Shown here: positions 59,829 to 64,000 of the stretch, in pieces
How the letters are laid out: each line of letters opens with the position of its first letter
Position numbering within the stretch: position 1 is the first letter of the stretch
Assembly: GCA_028285165.1 (NCBI GenBank)
Contig: JANQQB010000278.1
Location: 394-64,393 of the forward strand
DNA length: 64,000 nt
From: Rhodobiaceae bacterium
GTDB taxonomy: Bacteria > Pseudomonadota > Alphaproteobacteria > Rhizobiales > JANQQB01
Reading direction: 5' to 3'
Notes under the pieces: model-generated
Databases searched by the model: none
What the model was told of the DNA's origin: nothing
Seen by the model: only the letters and a program-made list of their open reading frames with translations
Position numbers and translations under genes: made by a program

Positions 59829-60829
59829 TGGGCCACCTGCGTCGCCCTGACCGTAGAAACGAACCCTTCCGGCAACTCGCCTTTCCCGTCCATCTCAGCG
59901 TAAAACTCCGCCATCTTGGCGACGATCGGCGCCGTGTCGATTTCCTGGTAGGTGACGCCGGTTTCCTTCATGCGCGCGATCGCCTCATCGGCGATGGCCG
60001 CCGTCATCGGCGCAAACTCGGACGCGACCTCGTCATAGGCCTCGAGGATCTGTGCCCGCGTCTCGTCGTCGAGACCGTTCCAGACGCGTGCGTTGGCCAT
60101 GAACGCAATGCCCTGCGGGTATTCGTTGTGGCGCACGATGTTCGGCGCGACTTCCTGGAAGCGCATGGATTCGACGAGCGCAATCGGGCTGTTGACCGCT
60201 TCCACGATGCCGCGGCCGATCGACTCGTACACGTCTGTCCAGGCAAGCGTGCGCACTTCCGCACCCAGATGGCGCCACGCCGCGGCGGCAAGTTCGTTCG
60301 GATGCATGCGCAGCTTGAGGCCTTCGATATCCTCCAGCCCGGCGACCGGTTTGGCCGTCACCATCACGCGATAGGGCCCGCGCACCATCTTGGTCTGGTC
60401 GCCGATCACGGTGATGCCGGCTTCGGCTTCGATCTGTTCAAGCCAGCCCGCAACAAGATCGCTCGCCATGAAGCGCGACCAGTGGTCGCGATCCTGAAAC
60501 AGGAACGGCGCGCTCATGAAGGTGATGTCGGGAACCCATTTGCGCAGGTAGGCGCCGCCCTCGGGGTAGAGATGCACCGTACCGAGCTGGAGCTGTTCGA
60601 GAATGGCGTCGTCCTTGCCGAGCTGTTCGCTGGGATAGACCTCGACTTTGATGCCGCCGCCGGTCTTTTCGCCGATCTTGTCGGCGAAGGCTTGGAACAT
60701 CTTGCCCTCGATGGATTCGGCGGTCTGCTTGTGCGCCATGCGCCAGGTTTCGGCCATGGCGCTGCTGAAGGGAAATGCCAGCACAGCGACCGCGGCCAGC
60801 ACCAGGCCACGCTTGAAAGAAATCATCAC
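59825..60829 (-). CDS. TRAP substrate-binding protein (DctP)
   Basis: Signal peptide, VEVYPSEQLG, PFLF, GLKLR, DVYESI..GIVEA. Confidence 0.93.
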   Translation of the reverse strand: MMISFKRGLVLAAVAVLAFPFSSAMAETWRMAHKQTAESIEGKMFQAFADKIGEKTGGGIKVEVYPSEQLGKDDAILEQLQLGTVHLYPEGGAYLRKWVPDITFMSAPFLFQDRDHWSRFMASDLVAGWLEQIEAEAGITVIGDQTKMVRGPYRVMVTAKPVAGLEDIEGLKLRMHPNELAAAAWRHLGAEVRTLAWTDVYESIGRGIVEAVNSPIALVESMRFQEVAPNIVRHNEYPQGIAFMANARVWNGLDDETRAQILEAYDEVASEFAPMTAAIADEAIARMKETGVTYQEIDTAPIVAKMAEFYAEMDGKGELPEGFVSTVRATQVAQ

Positions 60830-60943
60830 AACTCTCCTCTCATTTGACGTCTGAACGGTCCAAGGGGGGAAGGTGGCGCGTTGCGGCTTCTGTGGTTTCC
60901 GACACCATAAGCGGTATGGCTCGCCCCGGGAGCCTGTCGGTAC

Positions 60944-60957
60944 GCATTGAATGCATT
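60944..60957. promoter_or_regulatory. Putative operator between dctP and the RraA-like gene
   Basis: GCATT-G-AATGC inverted repeat overlapping an AATGCATT palindrome in the divergent promoter. Confidence 0.4.
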
Positions 60958-61076
60958 TGAAAAATTAAGCACTTTTGCCAGTGGACTCGCAAGCGCCGTT
61001 TCCGGCTTGTGTCGACGTGACCGCAACCGGTGTGAGAAGTTCAGGCCAGCCACAGCACCATGAAAAGGATTCCCGC

Positions 61077-61745
61077 GTGACCTATCAGATCAAAGCGATG
61101 CCGACCCCCGCGCCCGCCGCGCTTGTCGAGAAGGCATCGCGTGCCGAGACCGCCACCATCGGTCACCGCCGCCAGTTGGGCTTTGTCGACCGCACGATCC
61201 AGGGGATCGCACCGGGGCGGATTGCCGGCACCGCCGTGACGCTGGCAATCCCCGCGCAAGACAGCACGTTGCTGCACCACGTGATCCAGTTCTTGCGGCC
61301 CGGCGATGTTCTCGTGATCGACCGGCTCGGCGACGATCGCCATGCCTGTCTCGGCGGCGGCGTCGCGGTCGCCATCAATGCGACGGGCTGCGCCGGCGTG
61401 ATCCTCGACGGCCCGGCGACGGATCGCTCCGAGATCCTCGCCGAAGAACTGCCCGTATGGTGTCGCGGCTTTGCGCCTATCACGACGCGGATCTACGACA
61501 TCGGCGGTGCCTTCAACGTGGATGTCTGCTGCGGCGGGGCCGTCGCGCATCCCGGCGATCTGGTGATCGCCGACGAAAGCGGCGTGCTCATCATGCCCGT
61601 TGACGATTGCGAGGATGATCTCGACTGGGCACTCGGTAAACAGGCCGGCGAACCCGAGGCGCATGAAAGAATGCGCGGAGGCGAGCTCCTTGGCGATCGC
61701 TCAGGGGCGAGCGCCAAGGTGGCGCGTCGTCTTGATCAGGACTAG
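61077..61745 (+). CDS. RraA/HMG-aldolase family protein
   Basis: ETATIGH, GTAVT, PGDVLVID, ACLGG, LDGPATD, PGDLVIADESGV; GTG start after AAGGA. Confidence 0.85.
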   Translation: MTYQIKAMPTPAPAALVEKASRAETATIGHRRQLGFVDRTIQGIAPGRIAGTAVTLAIPAQDSTLLHHVIQFLRPGDVLVIDRLGDDRHACLGGGVAVAINATGCAGVILDGPATDRSEILAEELPVWCRGFAPITTRIYDIGGAFNVDVCCGGAVAHPGDLVIADESGVLIMPVDDCEDDLDWALGKQAGEPEAHERMRGGELLGDRSGASAKVARRLDQD

Positions 61746-62008
61746 GTCGTGGCCTTGCGAACGGTGATATCCGGTTTTGGTGGAGACCGAACTTGAATGG
61801 TCAATCCGACGATGGCGCCAAAGTACCGGTTCCAGAAGCCCGGACCCCATCTTTTCTGGCCCAATGCTCCCGTTCATCACCGTTGATATAACTCCTTGAG
61901 GGGACTGCCATACACGAAGGAGCTGGCGCTGCTATACGATGCACATCGCTGCACAGGGCATTGGTGAGCCTGATGCTGATCACAACGATGTTGAGCGGGA
62001 TTCAAGGG

Positions 62009-62047
62009 CAAAGAAAGAAAAGGACACCAACTAATGTTGGTGCCCTA
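62009..62047 (-). terminator. Rho-independent terminator after the LuxP-like gene
   Basis: Minus strand GGGCACCAAC-ATTA-GTTGGTGTCC followed by TTTTCTTTCTTT. Confidence 0.85.
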
Positions 62048-62064
62048 AACTCTTAGACAATGGT

Positions 62065-63207
62065 CTAGCGTTCCAGTGTGCCGATTCCAGTGTAGCGGAA
62101 TGCCTCTTTTTCAAAGGCATCAACGACCTCTGGTCCGGAGTCTGACGCAACAATGTCGATACGACCTAAGAACACCAACGGGATCTCATCTTGACGGCCT
62201 TCAAGATCTGCGCGGATTGCCTCAGCAAGAGACACGCCAACGTCGTCGCTCATACGCATCGGCGTTGCCATCAATTCCCCTTCGCGTAGCGCTTCGATCT
62301 CATCCCCGGTGCCACCCCACGCGGAGGTTTGCACACGGTCTTGTGCATTTGCCGCTTGAATTGCAGAGATCGCACCCATCGCCATCGCAGTGTTGGCGTT
62401 ATGAATGTAGGTAACTTCCGGATAGCCGGAGAGGATTTGCTGGGTGCCCGCAAAGCCGCCCTCGCGCTGGAACTGTCCGTAATGCTCGTACGCCAACTTC
62501 CAGTTTGAATTCTCCTCGATGCAATCCCGGAACCCGCCGGAGCGCTGGTCATCCACGCCGCCTGGGATGCCGCGGATCATCGCGTAGGTACCCTCGGTGC
62601 CGAGGTTTTCAACTACCCATTTGCAGATATTCAGCGCGCCAAACAGATGCGAGAACGTGCTGTACATCAACGGTTGGTCATCACCCCAATCCTGCAAAGG
62701 TGTATCGAAGTTGAGGATCATCACCTTTTTTCCGGAGTCCATAATCAGCCGGATATCCTCCTGCTGCGCTTGCAGTTCGGACGGACCGAAGACGACATAT
62801 TCGAAGTCATCGGAACGTGCGACCTGTTCCGAGTAGGTCGACAGAAGCAAATTGTCGCCCATGTTCGTGGCAAACTGTGTTGCCTCGAAAGGCAGGCCCA
62901 TTTCATTCAATCGGGCCTCCATAGCCAGGTAAGAGCGGAGCCAGAAATCGGAGACGTCTAAGCTCGGATAGATGACGGCGATTTTCACCGGCTCGGATGG
63001 TGGGTTTTCCATCTGCGTTGCAGGTGCGCCGACAATCTTTTGCATGTTGGCGAGCACTTCATCGGTTTGCACCTGATGATACCACCAGTAATAACGTTCA
63101 TCATCGTCGGCGAGCGGCTTGAGCGGCAGCTCTTGTGCCAGGGCGACACCGCTTAGCGTCAACAATGCGGCGAGTGATGTCGCAAGCGTGTTTTTCTTGT
63201 TTAACAT
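62065..63207 (-). CDS. LuxP-like periplasmic binding protein (type I, AI-2/furanosyl-borate receptor family)
   Basis: Signal peptide; KIAVIYPSLDVSDFW, TPLQDWGDDQP, WGG, MRMSDDVG..LAEAI..DLEG, AFRY resemble Vibrio LuxP; start at ATG 63207 with a GGGAGG RBS. Confidence 0.85.
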   Translation of the reverse strand: MLNKKNTLATSLAALLTLSGVALAQELPLKPLADDDERYYWWYHQVQTDEVLANMQKIVGAPATQMENPPSEPVKIAVIYPSLDVSDFWLRSYLAMEARLNEMGLPFEATQFATNMGDNLLLSTYSEQVARSDDFEYVVFGPSELQAQQEDIRLIMDSGKKVMILNFDTPLQDWGDDQPLMYSTFSHLFGALNICKWVVENLGTEGTYAMIRGIPGGVDDQRSGGFRDCIEENSNWKLAYEHYGQFQREGGFAGTQQILSGYPEVTYIHNANTAMAMGAISAIQAANAQDRVQTSAWGGTGDEIEALREGELMATPMRMSDDVGVSLAEAIRADLEGRQDEIPLVFLGRIDIVASDSGPEVVDAFEKEAFRYTGIGTLER

Positions 63208-63277
63208 AGTCCTTCCTCCCTTAGTGTGAACCGGTTGAGGCGCGCCACCCTCCTGCGGCGCGCCCAATAACTGCGAA

Positions 63278-64000
63278 CTATTCGTCAAAACGTGCGTCCG
63301 GATTGTTGCGCCGCCGCAGATAGGCGTAGAATGCGATGGATGAGATAATGATGACGCCTGCCGCGACCAGCTGCCAGAAGAACTGGAAACGCAACAGCAC
63401 CAAGGCGTTGGTGACCATGGCAAGGAGCAGCACGCCCACCAAGGTGCCAAACATCGTGCCACGTCCGCCGAAGAGCACGGTTCCTCCGACGATAACCGCT
63501 GCGATTGTGTGCAGTGTAAAGCCGACAGCCGCGGTGGACTGAATCGCATTCAGGCGTCCCGTCAGCAAGATACCGGCAATTGCGGCACACAGGCCCATCA
63601 GTGCATAGAGATAAATTTTCTGCTTATCCACGTCGATGCCGGTCAGCTGTGCAGCCTCGCGGTTGCCGCCAATAGCAATGGCATAACGGCCTAACCGAGT
63701 GTGATGGTAAAGCACGTAGCCTATCGCCAGCGCGGCAAGACCGACAATCGCCGCGACCGGAAAGAACCCAAATACATGACCGCGCCCGAGAGTGGGCAGT
63801 GGCTCGGGAAAACGAGCGAGGACGGTTCCCGCCGCCAGCACAAGCCCCAGACCACGATAGATGACGTCCATCGCCAATGTGGCCATAAGGTCCGGTACCC
63901 GTAACTTTGTGATAACCAGTCCATTTGCGATGCCGCAAGTCGTGCCAACGAGCATAGCTGCGATCATTGCGACATAGACGTTGACGCCATGATCCTTGAT
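63278..64000 (-). CDS. Sugar-type (RbsC-like) ABC permease, 5' end outside the window
   Basis: NGLVITKLRVP..ATLA, TRLGRYAIAIGGNREAAQLTGI, IAAVIVGGT..GGRG; frame is open to the window edge. Confidence 0.93.
   Translation of the reverse strand: MKDHGVNVYVAMIAAMLVGTTCGIANGLVITKLRVPDLMATLAMDVIYRGLGLVLAAGTVLARFPEPLPTLGRGHVFGFFPVAAIVGLAALAIGYVLYHHTRLGRYAIAIGGNREAAQLTGIDVDKQKIYLYALMGLCAAIAGILLTGRLNAIQSTAAVGFTLHTIAAVIVGGTVLFGGRGTMFGTLVGVLLLAMVTNALVLLRFQFFWQLVAAGVIIISSIAFYAYLRRRNNPDARFDE

Noticed and set aside
61801-61983. 60-aa ORF or pseudogene remnant in the spacer
   Set aside because: No RBS or recognisable motif, and it lies downstream of a terminator; it cannot be supported.
62065-63207. LsrB (Lsr-type AI-2 importer) assignment
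   Set aside because: The sequence motifs resemble LuxP rather than LsrB, and no lsrK/F/G/R is visible in the window.
63208-63549. 114-aa N-terminal extension of the LuxP-like ORF in the track
   Set aside because: It overlaps the permease in another frame; the real start is ATG 63207 with an RBS and a signal peptide.
1-64000. CRISPR arrays, tRNA/rRNA genes, IS elements, integrases
   Set aside because: No regularly spaced repeats, cloverleaf/T-loop signatures, or transposase/recombinase motifs were seen by eye.

Overview
GC-rich chromosomal window from an alphaproteobacterium (gene content and order point to Hyphomicrobiales/Rhizobiales). Most of it is conserved backbone: mtnA, a MoxR/DUF58/DUF4159 operon, cca, hemF, trmL, petABC, mtnP, apt, ychF-pth-rplY, lgt-midA-pgeF, prs, a MarR-OmpR-EnvZ-like cluster and ilvE. 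I found no rRNA, tRNA, CRISPR, IS or integrase. The most notable accessory features are: (1) at the right edge, a Vibrio LuxP-like periplasmic protein that keeps most of the furanosyl-borate (AI-2) contact residues but sits behind a sugar-type ABC permease rather than before luxQ, suggesting an importer for a borate-ester ligand; (2) a stand-alone ~180-nt unit with a 17-nt perfect complement to the 16S rRNA 3' end, a 30-codon ORF and a strong terminator; (3) a sigma54-type promoter ahead of a DUF5989/SxtK-like peptide and three membrane-anchored SGNH enzymes, one with tandem head-spike/CBM-like repeats; (4) an atypical PTPS/glycosyltransferase/methyltransferase/dehydrogenase operon; (5) a putative CGA-CGA-CGA arginine leader peptide upstream of a GNAT; (6) a Doc-like toxin with a degenerate Fic motif; (7) an XRE-desaturase-cytoplasmic PhnD-like module. 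All calls come from motif recognition by eye; no database searches were run.
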